NCBI GenBank assembly: GCA_965218795.1
Contig: OZ244653.1
Coordinates: 4,992,001 to 5,056,000, forward strand
Reading direction: 5' to 3'
Source of the DNA: a bacterium
GTDB taxonomy: Bacteria; UBA8248; JACPRG01; G963555815
DNA length: 64,000 nt
Below the pieces are notes generated by a model, which was given only the letters and a program-made list of their open reading frames with translations, was not told where the DNA came from and ran no database searches. Position numbers and translations under genes: made by a program. Positions 1 through 10,040 of this stretch are shown one piece after another. Position 1 is the stretch's first letter. Each line of letters opens with the position of its first letter.

Positions 1-549
1 GCCACCAAGACGTTGATTGAGACCTTCAAAAAGGCCATCAACGCCCTGACGGTGCGGGACAAGGGCGACGCGGAAATCCACGACACGATCAAGCTGCGCC
101 GGACGCGGCCTTTCGTGGTGAAGGACCAGAATTATCTCGTCCCCAAGAAAAGCGTTTTCAACCGCGTCATCGGCGACAATCGCCTGGAACTTCAGTTTGC
201 GAATTTCCTGGAGGGTTGCCCGGACGTGGCGTCCTACGCGAAAAACTACTTCGCAGTCCATTTCAAGCTGGATTTCGTGAATGCCGACGGGAACATCTCG
301 AACTACTATCCGGATTACTTGGTCAAGCTGCCGAACAAAAAAATCGTCATCGTCGAGATCAAGGGTCTGGAAGACCTGGACGTGCCACTGAAGATGGCGC
401 GCTTACGGCAATGGTGCGAAGACGTCAATCAAGCTCAGTCTGACATGACGTACGATTTCGTCTACGTGGATGAAGAGGGATTCAATCAATACGCTCCCTC
501 GACGTTTCAAGAATTGCTGGGCGGATTCCGGGAATACAAGGAGGATTGA
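1..549 (+). CDS. Type III restriction endonuclease Res subunit, C-terminal nuclease part (gene starts before window)
   Basis: Open frame with 'LELQFANFLE', 'YAKN', 'YYPDYLV..IVIVEIKG' (PD-(D/E)xK) typical of Res C-termini. Confidence 0.8.
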   Translation, partial: ATKTLIETFKKAINALTVRDKGDAEIHDTIKLRRTRPFVVKDQNYLVPKKSVFNRVIGDNRLELQFANFLEGCPDVASYAKNYFAVHFKLDFVNADGNISNYYPDYLVKLPNKKIVIVEIKGLEDLDVPLKMARLRQWCEDVNQAQSDMTYDFVYVDEEGFNQYAPSTFQELLGGFREYKED

Positions 550-726
550 AATAGACCTGCTTTCGCCCGATATATCGGCCCAGGCGTGGCCGATGCCGAC
601 CAGGGCGTGACGGGGATCCAGGAAGAGGAGTTTTCGCCTTTGCAGGATACGGCCCCATGCCTCCTTAAGCCTTCCACCGATTCCGGAACTCCGATCAGAT
701 GAACGGGGTGCGGTATCGGTCATAGG

Positions 727-1017
727 TTAGGCTGCATCCCCGGTGGTCTCGAAGCTGATCTTGAGCCGGGTGCCGGTGGCTCGCGCGATCCTTTCCAGCG
801 TCCTGGTGGACGGGTGGACGCGCCCGCTCTCAAACCGGGCCACGACCGATTGCGTCGTCTTCATGCGCCTGGCGAGCTGCGTCTGGGTGAGCCCGGCGCC
901 GATGCGGGCCTCGATCAGCGAGCGGGCCAACTCGAACTCCGGCCCCAACTCCTCATAGGCCGCCCGGTAGTCCGGGTCCCCGCTCCATTTCTTATGCAAG
1001 TCGCTTGCTTTGCTCAT
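727..1017 (-). CDS. XRE-family HTH antitoxin (HigA-like)
   Basis: MSKASDLHKKW...ARIGAGLTQTQLARRMKTTQSVVARFESG HTH; ATGA overlap with upstream toxin gene. Confidence 0.85.
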   Translation of the reverse strand: MSKASDLHKKWSGDPDYRAAYEELGPEFELARSLIEARIGAGLTQTQLARRMKTTQSVVARFESGRVHPSTRTLERIARATGTRLKISFETTGDAA

Positions 1018-1340
1018 TTCAGCACCTCCCTGGCGCGTTGCAGCGCCAAGTCGATCTCCCGGCGGGGCGTCTTCCGCGTCTTCTTGATAAAGACCCGCGC
1101 CACCACAACCCGTTCGTCCCGGACGGCGACATAGAGCGCACGCGCTATCCCGGCCCGGCCCTTGATGCGCATTTCCCAAAGCGGACCGGTCAAGCGCCTG
1201 ACATGCGGTGCGCCGACACGCTCCAGCCCGACCGCCTCGATCAACTCGCTGATGCGCAAGAACCGCGCCCGCAACTCAACGGGCAGAGCGTCAAGCTCTT
1301 TGTCTACGGTCGCATTCAGGGTCTCCACGGTCCAGTTCAT
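1014..1340 (-). CDS. RelE/ParE-family (Gp49/HigB-like) toxin
   Basis: 'PHVRRLTGPLWEMR..GIARALY..FIKKTRKTPRREIDLA' motifs; toxin-first order. Confidence 0.85.
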   Translation of the reverse strand: MNWTVETLNATVDKELDALPVELRARFLRISELIEAVGLERVGAPHVRRLTGPLWEMRIKGRAGIARALYVAVRDERVVVARVFIKKTRKTPRREIDLALQRAREVLK

Positions 1341-1349
1341 GGATACCAG

Positions 1350-1378
1350 AATATAGCACATTTGATATACTCATGCAA
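1350..1378 (-). promoter_or_regulatory. TA promoter with overlapping palindromic operator
   Basis: Minus strand TTGCAT-17nt-TATATT; imperfect palindrome TATAGCACATTTGATATA at 1352-1369. Confidence 0.6.
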
Positions 1379-1469
1379 CCAGGGCTTGCCGGACCGGTCG
1401 ATGCGAGGCAGCCGGCGCGGGAAAGGGCAATGAATGGGATTCCCGCCCTTGATCGAAGCATTCGAGGGC

Positions 1470-1735
1470 ATGCTTGAACCTGCCTGTGCGCCTGCCAAGC
1501 CGGCAGACAGGTCGCACGCAGACAGGCGGGAATGACGGACTAAGGCTACGGCGGGAATTCTGCGGGACGCAGACGCCTTCCTGCTCTCCCGATATGCCCA
1601 GGGCCGGGGACTGGACAGCCTTCGGATGTGCTGGCGTGCGGTCTGCGAGGACGTCGGACTCGGCAAGCTCCGGCTTCACAATCTCCGCCACACCCTGGCC
1701 GGCCATGCCGTCATGTCCGGTGAGTACCCGCCCCG
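1470..1735 (+). pseudogene. Tyrosine integrase C-terminal remnant
   Basis: 'WRAVCEDVGLGKLRLHNLRHTLAGHAVMSGE' (HxLRH box II); no intact gene. Confidence 0.65.
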
Positions 1736-2086
1736 GTCGGCCGTCTGCCCGGCCGTGGCCGGCATCGAGCGCGGTCCATGCACGCCCCTTGCAAACCCCT
1801 TGCAACGGCGTTGCAAGGCCGTTTAAAAATCATTCCGATCCCGTTCTCGATGATTTTGGCTCTGCTGCGCCCGCCTGTTAGGAATCCCCGCGGCCCATGG
1901 CCAAGGGGGTGGGGAGGAGTCCGGACCGGCGAAGGGCGAACAACATCCCCTCGGCGAGCGCTCGGGTTTCCGTGCCATTCAGATGAATCGGATCGTTTTT
2001 GGGATAAGCCGATAAGGGAGCGATGAACGAGTCGGTGAAGACCTTGCCGATGGGTCTGTGCTATCGATTCTTCTTGGTATTCCGAC

Positions 2087-2566
2087 CTATACCTTCGTCT
2101 TCATCGCTTCCGCGGCCTGCTGGATTGCGCTGATGATTTCATAGTAGCTGGTGCAGCGGCAGAGGTTTCCCTCCATGAATTTCTTGATCTCTTCTTCCGT
2201 CGGGTCGGGGTTTTCATCGAGCAGGGCTTTGGCCGTCATGATCATCCCCGGGGTGCAGTAACCGCATTGGAAACCGCCTTCTTCGATGAACGCCGCTTGG
2301 AGCGGGTGGAGCGCGCTCTCGTTCGGGGCGAGGCCTTCAATGGTTCTCACGTCCGTTCCGTCCGCGAAAGGCGCCAGCATCACGCAGGTCGCCACCGGAC
2401 GATCGTCCACCAGGGCCGTGCAGGCGCCGCAGATACCCACTCCGCAGACCTCCCGCGGCCCCGTCATTCGAAGCTGGTTGTACAGCACGTCCATGAACGT
2501 GTGATGGGACCGTACGGTGACTTGGTGTTCCTCGCCGTTGAGGGTAAAGCGGATTTCGCGTTCCAT
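2087..2566 (-). CDS. Molybdenum hydroxylase small (2Fe-2S) subunit
   Basis: CGVGICGAC and QCGYCTPG...CRCT motifs. Confidence 0.92.
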   Translation of the reverse strand: MEREIRFTLNGEEHQVTVRSHHTFMDVLYNQLRMTGPREVCGVGICGACTALVDDRPVATCVMLAPFADGTDVRTIEGLAPNESALHPLQAAFIEEGGFQCGYCTPGMIMTAKALLDENPDPTEEEIKKFMEGNLCRCTSYYEIISAIQQAAEAMKTKV

Positions 2567-4914
2567 CAGGCTTGAGCCTCCCGTTCTTCTCTCTCCCGCA
2601 ATGCGCGGAGCACCTTCTCCGGGGTGATGGGCAGGTCGTGAATCCGGACGCCGATGGCGTCGTAAACGGCGTTGGCCACGGCCGGGGAGGGGGGGGTGAT
2701 GGACGTCTCACCCGTCCCGCGCGCGCCGAACGGTCCGTCCTGGACCGCCGTCTCGATCAAGCGGTTTTCCATCACGTCCGGGATCTCTTCGAAGGAGGGA
2801 AGGATGTAGTCGACGAAATGCGGGTTCAACGGCTGCCCGTTATCGAAGTCCAGGGATTCGTAAAAGGTCTGCCCCAGCGCCATCATGGATGAGCCGGCGA
2901 CCTGTTGGACGCAGCTTTTCGGGTTGAGCGCGCTCCCCACGTCGACCGTATTGACGAATTTTCGGATGTGGACTTCACCGGTTTCCGTATCCACTTCCAC
3001 TTCGCAGGCTCCGCCGGCCGGAAACCAGTAGACCGTAGTGAGCTCTTCGACCGCCAGGCCCGTCTCCCTGTCCAGCTTTCCGCCCTTGGTCTTCAGGACG
3101 CCCCGGCCCAGGATGTTTCCGCCGTCCATCCCGAAGAAACCCTGAATCACCTCCTGAACGGTGACGGTTCGGCTGGGATCGGTCTTCGCGAAGACCTTCC
3201 CTTCGCGGATATCCATGTCTTCGGCTGCGGCCTCCATCATGTCGGAGGCGAGCTCCAGGATCTGATTCTTGGCGTCGACGGCGGCCATGCTCACCGCGGA
3301 TCCCACGTGGAAGGTCGACCGGCTCGAATTCGTCATCTGGTCATAGGGCGTGACGTTCGTGTCGGGATGAACCACGCTGACCATGTCATAGGTCACGCCC
3401 AGCGTTTCAGCGGCAATCTGCGCCATGACCGCGTCGGAGCCCTGTCCCATGTCCACCGTAGAGCAGAGGACCGAAACGCTTGAGTCGTTGTTCACCTTGA
3501 TGAAGGCGCTGGAGGTCGTCGGCGTCACGGTGCTCTTGATGGCGACCGATACTCCCCGGCCCACCTGGATATGGGGCTCGGCCGCGGGCTTGGGGGGGGA
3601 TTCCCAGCCGATTCCTTCGACGGCCAGCCGGAGATTCTCTCTGAAGTCGATCTCCTTCATGATGGAGGTGGTGATGAATTCGTCGCCCGGCTCGATCATG
3701 TTCTGATCCAGGAACTTCACCGGGTCGATGCCCATCTCGCGGGCAATGATGTCATTCTGCTGACCATAGGCCCAGGAAACCTGCGCCACGCCGAAGCCGC
3801 GGAACGGCCCGGAGGAAGGTTTGTTCGTCAAGACGCAATGCGAATCCACCCAGGCGTTGGGCATCTTGAAGGGGCCGCACGATACATAGCCGCAATTCTT
3901 CGCTACACGGGGACCGATGTCGGCGTAAGCTCCCGTGTCCAGGAATATCTCCGTCTTGCGGCCCTTGAAAAAACCGTCGTTCGTGACGCCCGTCTTGATC
4001 CGGACGCGAGAGGCGTGCTTGACGCATTCGAGAAAGCATTCCTCGCGGGTGAGGGTCAACCGGACGGGCCGGTTGGCCTTCCACGCCAGACAGGCCGTGA
4101 TCGGCTCGATCCGGGCATACGTCTTGGACCCGAAGCCCCCGCCCAGGTATCCGGGAATCATGATGCGGACGTTCCCCACCGGAACGTTGAAGACGCGGGC
4201 CACCGAGTTTCTCGCCAGGAAGGGATTCTGGGTCGAGGACCAGATATTGATCTTGTTCCCGTGCTCGATCTTGGCGATGGCGTTGAACGGCTCGAAGGCG
4301 ACGTGCTGCGTCGTCGGCGTCGTGAACTCGTGCTCGAAAATATGGTCCGATTCTTCGAACCCTTTTTCCACGTCGCCGTATCGAAGACGGTACTGGTTGC
4401 AGATGTTGGTTCCCGGCAGGGGCCGGATGGATTTCAGGTCCGCGAAGCCCGTCGGAGGGACCTGCAAATCCTCATGCACGAGCGGCGCCCCCTGGGCAAG
4501 GGCGGCATCGAGGTCGGTCACGGCGGGGATCTCTTCATACTCCACCTCGATGAGCGATATGCCCTCCTCAGCCGTGTCGATATCGACGGCGGCCACGGCG
4601 GCCACCCGTTCTCCCACGTACCGGACCTTTTCCATGGAGACGACCGGCTGGTCGTAATAAACAGGGCCGTACGTCGGCGTCCATCGGTCGTTCCCGATAA
4701 AGTCGTTGCGCGAGATCACGGCGAATACGCCGGGAAGACGCTCCGCTTTGGACGTGTCGATGTTCAGGATCCTGGCGTGAGGGTGTGGACTTCCCAACAG
4801 CCGGGCGTGCCCCGTGCCGGGAATGTCGTAATGCATCGTGTAAACGCCATCGCCGCGGACCTTGGATTCCGCTTCGGGGCGGGTTTCTGACAGACCGATG
4901 GTCACGTGGCTCAT
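2566..4914 (-). CDS. Xanthine dehydrogenase-family molybdopterin-binding large subunit
   Basis: GGGFGSK, FRGFG, MGQG, GARGTGE motifs; lacks the CODH AYxCSFR/AYRGAGR loop. Confidence 0.92.
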   Translation of the reverse strand: MSHVTIGLSETRPEAESKVRGDGVYTMHYDIPGTGHARLLGSPHPHARILNIDTSKAERLPGVFAVISRNDFIGNDRWTPTYGPVYYDQPVVSMEKVRYVGERVAAVAAVDIDTAEEGISLIEVEYEEIPAVTDLDAALAQGAPLVHEDLQVPPTGFADLKSIRPLPGTNICNQYRLRYGDVEKGFEESDHIFEHEFTTPTTQHVAFEPFNAIAKIEHGNKINIWSSTQNPFLARNSVARVFNVPVGNVRIMIPGYLGGGFGSKTYARIEPITACLAWKANRPVRLTLTREECFLECVKHASRVRIKTGVTNDGFFKGRKTEIFLDTGAYADIGPRVAKNCGYVSCGPFKMPNAWVDSHCVLTNKPSSGPFRGFGVAQVSWAYGQQNDIIAREMGIDPVKFLDQNMIEPGDEFITTSIMKEIDFRENLRLAVEGIGWESPPKPAAEPHIQVGRGVSVAIKSTVTPTTSSAFIKVNNDSSVSVLCSTVDMGQGSDAVMAQIAAETLGVTYDMVSVVHPDTNVTPYDQMTNSSRSTFHVGSAVSMAAVDAKNQILELASDMMEAAAEDMDIREGKVFAKTDPSRTVTVQEVIQGFFGMDGGNILGRGVLKTKGGKLDRETGLAVEELTTVYWFPAGGACEVEVDTETGEVHIRKFVNTVDVGSALNPKSCVQQVAGSSMMALGQTFYESLDFDNGQPLNPHFVDYILPSFEEIPDVMENRLIETAVQDGPFGARGTGETSITPPSPAVANAVYDAIGVRIHDLPITPEKVLRALREREEREAQA

Positions 4915-4927
4915 GGATCCTCCGTTT

Positions 4928-5800
4928 TCATCCAGTTCCGTTGCCGTCCAAAGCTCGCTTCAGGACCCGGCGGGCGAAGGCGCGCGAGAGCTCTTTCTTG
5001 TACCATTTCGATCCCCGGGAATCCTCCATGGGATCGACCTGTTCGTAGCAGCGCTCTGCAATCGCTCCGATGAGGTTGTCATCCAGTTTCCTGCCGGCCG
5101 CCATCTCGGAGACTCCCGGTACACGGAACGGTGTTTCCGTCACGGATCCGAAGATGACGTCCAGGTTCTCGCAAGACCCGTCTTCTGAAAGGTCCAGGAA
5201 CGCAGAGACACCCAGGCAGGGCCAGTCCGTGGAACTGTTGGGGGTGAACTTGAGATAGGCGGATCGGGTGCCCGGGGCCGAAGGCGGGACGACGATGTGC
5301 GTCAGGATCTCGTCCGGCTCCAACGCCGATTCAAGATAGCCGGTGAAGAATCCATCGAAGGGGATCTCGCGCTCCCCGCGAACGCTCCGGGCGCAGGCCC
5401 TGGCGCCGAGGCCGATCAGAACAGGGGGCGGATCGGAGTGGGGGTCGGCGTGGGCCAGCTCGCCCCCGAGCGTCCCCATGCACCGGATTCGTACGTTCGC
5501 CACTTGGCTCATGACTTCGCCGAGCAAGGGGCAGTGCGCACGGACCACGGGGGAGGTCTCCAGGGTACGGTGGAGGGCCCCGGCCCCGATGATGAGCCCC
5601 TGCTCCGGTTCATGGCGAATGTCGTCGAATTGGGGAATGCGGCGTACGGCGATAAGCCGCTCGGGTTGGAAGATCTTCTGTTTCATCAGGATGGCGAGGG
5701 CGACACCGCCGCCAACCACTTTGACGCCCTCTCCGGCCTTGGAAAGCTGATCGCACGCCTCTTCGAGCGAAGCGGGCTCCAGAATCTCAAGCTTTTTCAT
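4928..5800 (-). CDS. Molybdenum hydroxylase medium (FAD-binding) subunit
   Basis: VVGGGVAL, 'IRCMGTLGGELAHADPHSD' motifs. Confidence 0.9.
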   Translation of the reverse strand: MKKLEILEPASLEEACDQLSKAGEGVKVVGGGVALAILMKQKIFQPERLIAVRRIPQFDDIRHEPEQGLIIGAGALHRTLETSPVVRAHCPLLGEVMSQVANVRIRCMGTLGGELAHADPHSDPPPVLIGLGARACARSVRGEREIPFDGFFTGYLESALEPDEILTHIVVPPSAPGTRSAYLKFTPNSSTDWPCLGVSAFLDLSEDGSCENLDVIFGSVTETPFRVPGVSEMAAGRKLDDNLIGAIAERCYEQVDPMEDSRGSKWYKKELSRAFARRVLKRALDGNGTG

Positions 5801-6029
5801 TCATCGAAACCTTTCCGAGCGTTCGTCATGCGCTCGAATCAAGATCGAACTGCGTCCCCGCGAGCAGAAGCGTCTAACCCTCTCGGAATTTTCGGTTCAG
5901 GCTGGACAAGCTGACATTTCGAACGGTGGGTCTGCGCATACCGGCCTGCTCCCGGCAGGGAGCAGGCCGCAATTGACCTGGCCCCCGCATGAACCGGGAA
6001 CGGGAAAGAGTGTATCCCCCGCCCGAATT

Positions 6030-6357
6030 GGCTGTCAAGGCGGCGCCTCCAACCGTTCCGGGCCGCCTTATACTTGGTTGACGGTTACCCACCCCTTCCT
6101 GAATCAGGCGGGCCGCAGCTTCGGTGCTCATTCCGGGATGGATGTCGGAGTACTCCGGGGTGTCCCGACTTTTGTATGCATCGGTTCGGATCTGGACGAT
6201 GACGCCCGGGCCGATCCTCGCCTTAGGCCTTTCCCAACCGCCGGGTTCCTTCCCGGTGGGCGGAGTACATGATGTCGGGCGGAAAGGGCTCATTGGCGAA
6301 ATTTTCAATGGGAAGGCCGAGGTCGTAGATGCGAAGCGATTTGGCTCTCTTGGCCAT
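6030..6357 (-). pseudogene. Cyclase/kynurenine formamidase-family pseudogene with internal deletion
   Basis: N-term 'IYDLGLPIEN..EPFPPDI' ends in TAA; a different frame gives 'IGPGVIVQIRTDAY..HPGMSTEAAARLIQEGV'; no HxGTHxD core. Confidence 0.55.
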
Positions 6358-6555
6358 GGAAGGGTCTCCTGAATCGAGCGTGTCGGTCCGTTATTTTGAA
6401 TCTGCATTCACATCCCTAGACGGATGCGTTCGGCCCGCCGGTCCACGTGGGTGGAGGAGGATGGTTTGCGCCAAGGACCCGGATCCCCCGGGAAGGTGTA
6501 AGATGTCTTGCCTCGATTCAAGGCGCATGGATCGGGGTGAGGCTGATCTGCCAAC

Positions 6556-7740
6556 TTGCCCCCGTTACATTGGGAACTCCCTCTTTTGGCGACTCGGAAT
6601 CGCTGGATCCTGTTGGGTATCGCCTGGTTTGTCGCACTGAACCTGCGGGGAAACGCGATTTCCGTTTCCCCGCTCTTGCCGTTCATTCAGGACGACCTGG
6701 GGTTGACGTACGCCCAGGCGGGGTTCTTGTTCTCCGTGCCGACGATGATGATGTCGGTTTTCGGGTTCCCCGGCGGTTGGCTGGCCGACACCTTCGGCAT
6801 GAGGCGAACGATTACCCTCGGGCTGGTCTTGATCGTGACGGGATGCTTCCTCCGCGTGACCGCTTCGGGATTTCTCTTTCTCGTCCTCTGGACGGCGGTC
6901 CTGGGGGCGGGTATGGGGATCACCGGTCCCGGCCTCACCCGACTGGTCAAGGATGATTTCCCCGATTTGCCGGGAACCGCCACGGGCATCTACACGACCG
7001 GAATCGTCGCGGGCGCGACGATGGGGTCATTTCTGACGTTTCCCTATCTCGTGGACCTGACAGGATCGTGGAAGGGAACGTTTCTGATTTGGGGCGCCTT
7101 GGCGTTGGTGGTCCTGTTGGGATGGGTACTGCTGGCTCCGATCGGAGAAGGCGGATTCGGAGAGCGTCCAAAAGTGGCCGGCATCTGGCTCGACAAGACC
7201 GTCTGGAAGCTGAACATCATCTTTCTGGCGCAGGGCTTCACCTTTTATTCCCTGACCTCATGGCTCCCGACCTACTATCATGAACTCGGACTGCCCCTGA
7301 AGACAGGGACGGGGCTGCTTACGGTCTTTATCCTGCTCAACCTGCCTTCCAGCCTGATCATCCCCTTCATCTCCGACAGGGTCGGCGGGACGAAGACGAG
7401 TCTGATGGTATCGTGCCTGGTTTTGCTTCCCGGAATGGCCGCCATTCTCTTCTGGCCGCTTGCGATGCCGTGGCTGGTTGTCTTTTGCATGGGCCTGGCG
7501 ATGGGGGGGATCTTCGCCTTGAGCTTTGCGCTCCCGCTGGAGTACGTCCATCCGACGCGGGTGGGCAGCGTGGCCGGGGCCAACCTGCTGGTGGGATACG
7601 CCGGGACCTTTATCGGCCCCGTCATCATCGGGTATGTCCACGACGTGACATCGAGCTTCAGGGCGGGATGGATGGTCGTGCTCGTGGTCATCGTTCTTCT
7701 ATTCCTGACGGCCTGGTCGCTTCCAAAGAAAGCCCATTGA
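6556..7740 (+). CDS. MFS transporter (CynX-like)
   Basis: About 12 hydrophobic segments; 'ALNLRG', 'GWLADTFGMRR' motif A. Confidence 0.88.
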   Translation: MPPLHWELPLLATRNRWILLGIAWFVALNLRGNAISVSPLLPFIQDDLGLTYAQAGFLFSVPTMMMSVFGFPGGWLADTFGMRRTITLGLVLIVTGCFLRVTASGFLFLVLWTAVLGAGMGITGPGLTRLVKDDFPDLPGTATGIYTTGIVAGATMGSFLTFPYLVDLTGSWKGTFLIWGALALVVLLGWVLLAPIGEGGFGERPKVAGIWLDKTVWKLNIIFLAQGFTFYSLTSWLPTYYHELGLPLKTGTGLLTVFILLNLPSSLIIPFISDRVGGTKTSLMVSCLVLLPGMAAILFWPLAMPWLVVFCMGLAMGGIFALSFALPLEYVHPTRVGSVAGANLLVGYAGTFIGPVIIGYVHDVTSSFRAGWMVVLVVIVLLFLTAWSLPKKAH

Positions 7741-7836
7741 TCGAATCGGAGCGATTGAAGCATGGCCGATCCGGGGAACAACCGGTCGTTCGGGCGGCAT
7801 GGGCGGAGGCGCGGCAGGGCGGGAATCTCTTGCCCT

Positions 7837-8046
7837 TCAAAAAGTGAATGTCTCCTCTTCCGGGGCGTCCGGAATGGCTTTTGCGTTCAAACCCCGTTCC
7901 TCCAGGTATCGTCGCACGGCTTCCGTGACGATATCCGTGACGGTTACTCGATCCTGCGCAACCATGGAATCCAGCTTCTTGGTGATGTCCGGCGGGAAGG
8001 CGAGGGTGTGAACCCGCACTGCGCGGAACCTGACGCCGTGAGCCAT
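7837..8046 (-). CDS. Small ribbon-helix-helix (CopG-like) protein
   Basis: 69 aa with SD GGAGAGG; 'HTLAFPPDITKKLDSMV..VTDIVTEAVRRYLEE' RHH pattern. Confidence 0.65.
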   Translation of the reverse strand: MAHGVRFRAVRVHTLAFPPDITKKLDSMVAQDRVTVTDIVTEAVRRYLEERGLNAKAIPDAPEEETFTF

Positions 8047-8095
8047 GTTTCCTCTCCCGAGTGCCCGGGGATTGGGCTGAGGGAGCCGCCCCCGA

Positions 8096-8770
8096 TCAGG
8101 GGCCGGCCATCGCTGGCTTGCCTGCGAAATCCGGGTCGATAAATTCCATGTAGGGTTTTGAGTAAGAACCGATGAAGTGCTCCGTCCGGTCATGGACGAG
8201 CTTCTCGATCTTCTCCTGGACGTCCGGGGTGGTAGCGTATCGCTCGATGATCATCCGGCCGTTGTGGACGTGGTTGCCCTCGTGGGCCATGACCTCATCC
8301 TCGATGATCCGGGCGGTCTCCTTGTCCACGAGGGTCACGAGCTTCTCCATGCAAACCTTCAGGATGAACTCGCCCGTCAAGTTGCTCGCCGCGGCGATAT
8401 AGACTGGATGGTCCCAAGAGAGCGTCTTTTGTAGCATCCCGCTGTGGACGGGCCCCGGCCTGAACTTCGGGAGGTCCGATTCGGCGCCGCGATCGGCGAC
8501 GAGCTTCGCGAAGGTCAGGTAGTGATGATATTCCTCCACGAGCTGCTGGGTCATGAGAAGCTTGAGGTCGTCGTCCTCGGGAGGGAAAAGGGTGATCATC
8601 TTCGCGGGACACAGGACACCCAGGTAATACTCCCGCCATTCGTGGGACTGAAACGTCGCTGTGATCTCGTCCTCGGTCAAGGGCGGTGTCCGATCAAGCA
8701 CCTCCCGCATCCCGTCGAGGTTCCGTGTCGCCCTTTCGAGGAGATTTTTCGCAAATTTTTTGCTGTCCAT
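8096..8770 (-). CDS. Ferritin-like di-iron protein
   Basis: E...EEYHH...GE...HEGNH ligand spacing, helical; SD GGAGG. Confidence 0.7.
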   Translation of the reverse strand: MDSKKFAKNLLERATRNLDGMREVLDRTPPLTEDEITATFQSHEWREYYLGVLCPAKMITLFPPEDDDLKLLMTQQLVEEYHHYLTFAKLVADRGAESDLPKFRPGPVHSGMLQKTLSWDHPVYIAAASNLTGEFILKVCMEKLVTLVDKETARIIEDEVMAHEGNHVHNGRMIIERYATTPDVQEKIEKLVHDRTEHFIGSYSKPYMEFIDPDFAGKPAMAGP

Positions 8771-9398
8771 CGCCCCGCCTCCTCTCGGTTGAGAGCCGCA
8801 AGCCTTCCACTGGGAAGAAACCGTTCACGTCAACAGCCGTACCAGAAGTTGTAGGACGTGTCAATGGGTGTTCGGTCTGGTTCGGCCTTTGCTCAAAGGC
8901 GGAGGGATGGGATCAGGTATTGGATTTCAGCATATTGTGATGCGAGAAGTTCAGGGATAAGGGCCTGTCGCGGCTCGCTTAGATAGCAGAGACGGGAATC
9001 GGGGGGATCAATCCCTGATTTGTTGTTCTCTTTACTTTTGTATATTCGCGTCCCATATTTAGCAAAAAATAAACAAAAGTATAATGGAAAGGCTCCTTGT
9101 TCCTAAGGGGTCTCGAATTCTGGAGGTGCGTATTAGGTATTTGGGTTTCCATCTGTACGGGAATAACGAACTGTGGATGAGTCCCGCTGATCCAGCATTT
9201 TTTGGAATATTACGAAACAAAGCCAAAGAATCCTCTATTTTTCAATGAGTTATGATTTGGTTTTTGGGTTTGAGAGTTGGCGTATGGCTATGGATTCCCG
9301 CTCTCCGACAGAAGCACTTGGGGACGGGCCTTGGCGGGCGGAAATCTCTTTGGCCGGCAACCAAGCGCCGAGCAGGCCAGCGATGATGGGAACGGCGA

Positions 9399-9840
9399 TC
9401 ACCCATTCCAGCGTGGCCGCGATGCCGGGAACATCTCCTGGGCCATCGGCCCGGACATCATGAGGAAGAACCCGCCTAGAAACAGGAGTAACAGAGAAAG
9501 GGAACCCTTTGTGCCGAGAAACCCGGCCAAAAACAGCGCGGCCAGCCCCATAGTGACGGCGAAGATGGCCTCTCGTTTCAGCCGGTCGCCCGGAAAGCCG
9601 CCCAGAACCTCGCCGATGACGCCCAGGGCGAGAAAGACGGACAGGGCAATTCCGCCAGTCCAGGTGGACACGCCCCTACCTTGCAGCATCAGGGGCAGGA
9701 AGCTGCTGAACACGCCGTATGTCAGGTTTCTCAAGACCACGATGAGCCAGATGCCCGAGAGCGAGCGCCAGGGTCTCGTCCATGTCGCGGACCAGAAGGG
9801 CAGGTACGAGACGTTGGCCAACGCCGGTCGTTGTTGTCAT
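9399..9840 (-). pseudogene. Chimera: 5' end of a VOC/glyoxalase gene joined to an internal MFS fragment
   Basis: 'MTTTTGVGQRLVPALLVRDMDETL' then out-of-frame MFS text 'IWLIVVLRNLTYGVFSSFLP..GGFPGDRL'. Confidence 0.6.
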
Positions 9841-9854
9841 GTCGTTCTTCTTCT

Positions 9855-10020
9855 CCGCATAACAATCATTAGATTGATCCGCATAGGATGCGGAGTCTTG
9901 GGTTTCCGTCCGCATAACGCGCCATCTAAGGGATTTCCAAAGGCGCGCTAAAGCCTTTATATCCCTTGGGTTTCGTTCTGGACGTCGGATTATCAGGTCG
10001 TTTTATGCGGATCAGTATAA
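9855..10020 (-). other. Putative integron attI region
   Basis: Two GTTATGC (GTTRRRY-like) cores at 9857-9863 and 9912-9918 plus TATGCGGA repeats between the intI 3' end and the VOC ATG. Confidence 0.5.
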
Positions 10021-10040
10021 AACACCCCCCTTGGATTACC

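Noticed and set aside
403-723. ORF starting right after the antitoxin
   Set aside because: Overlaps the Res gene end and has no recognisable domain; at most a truncated remnant
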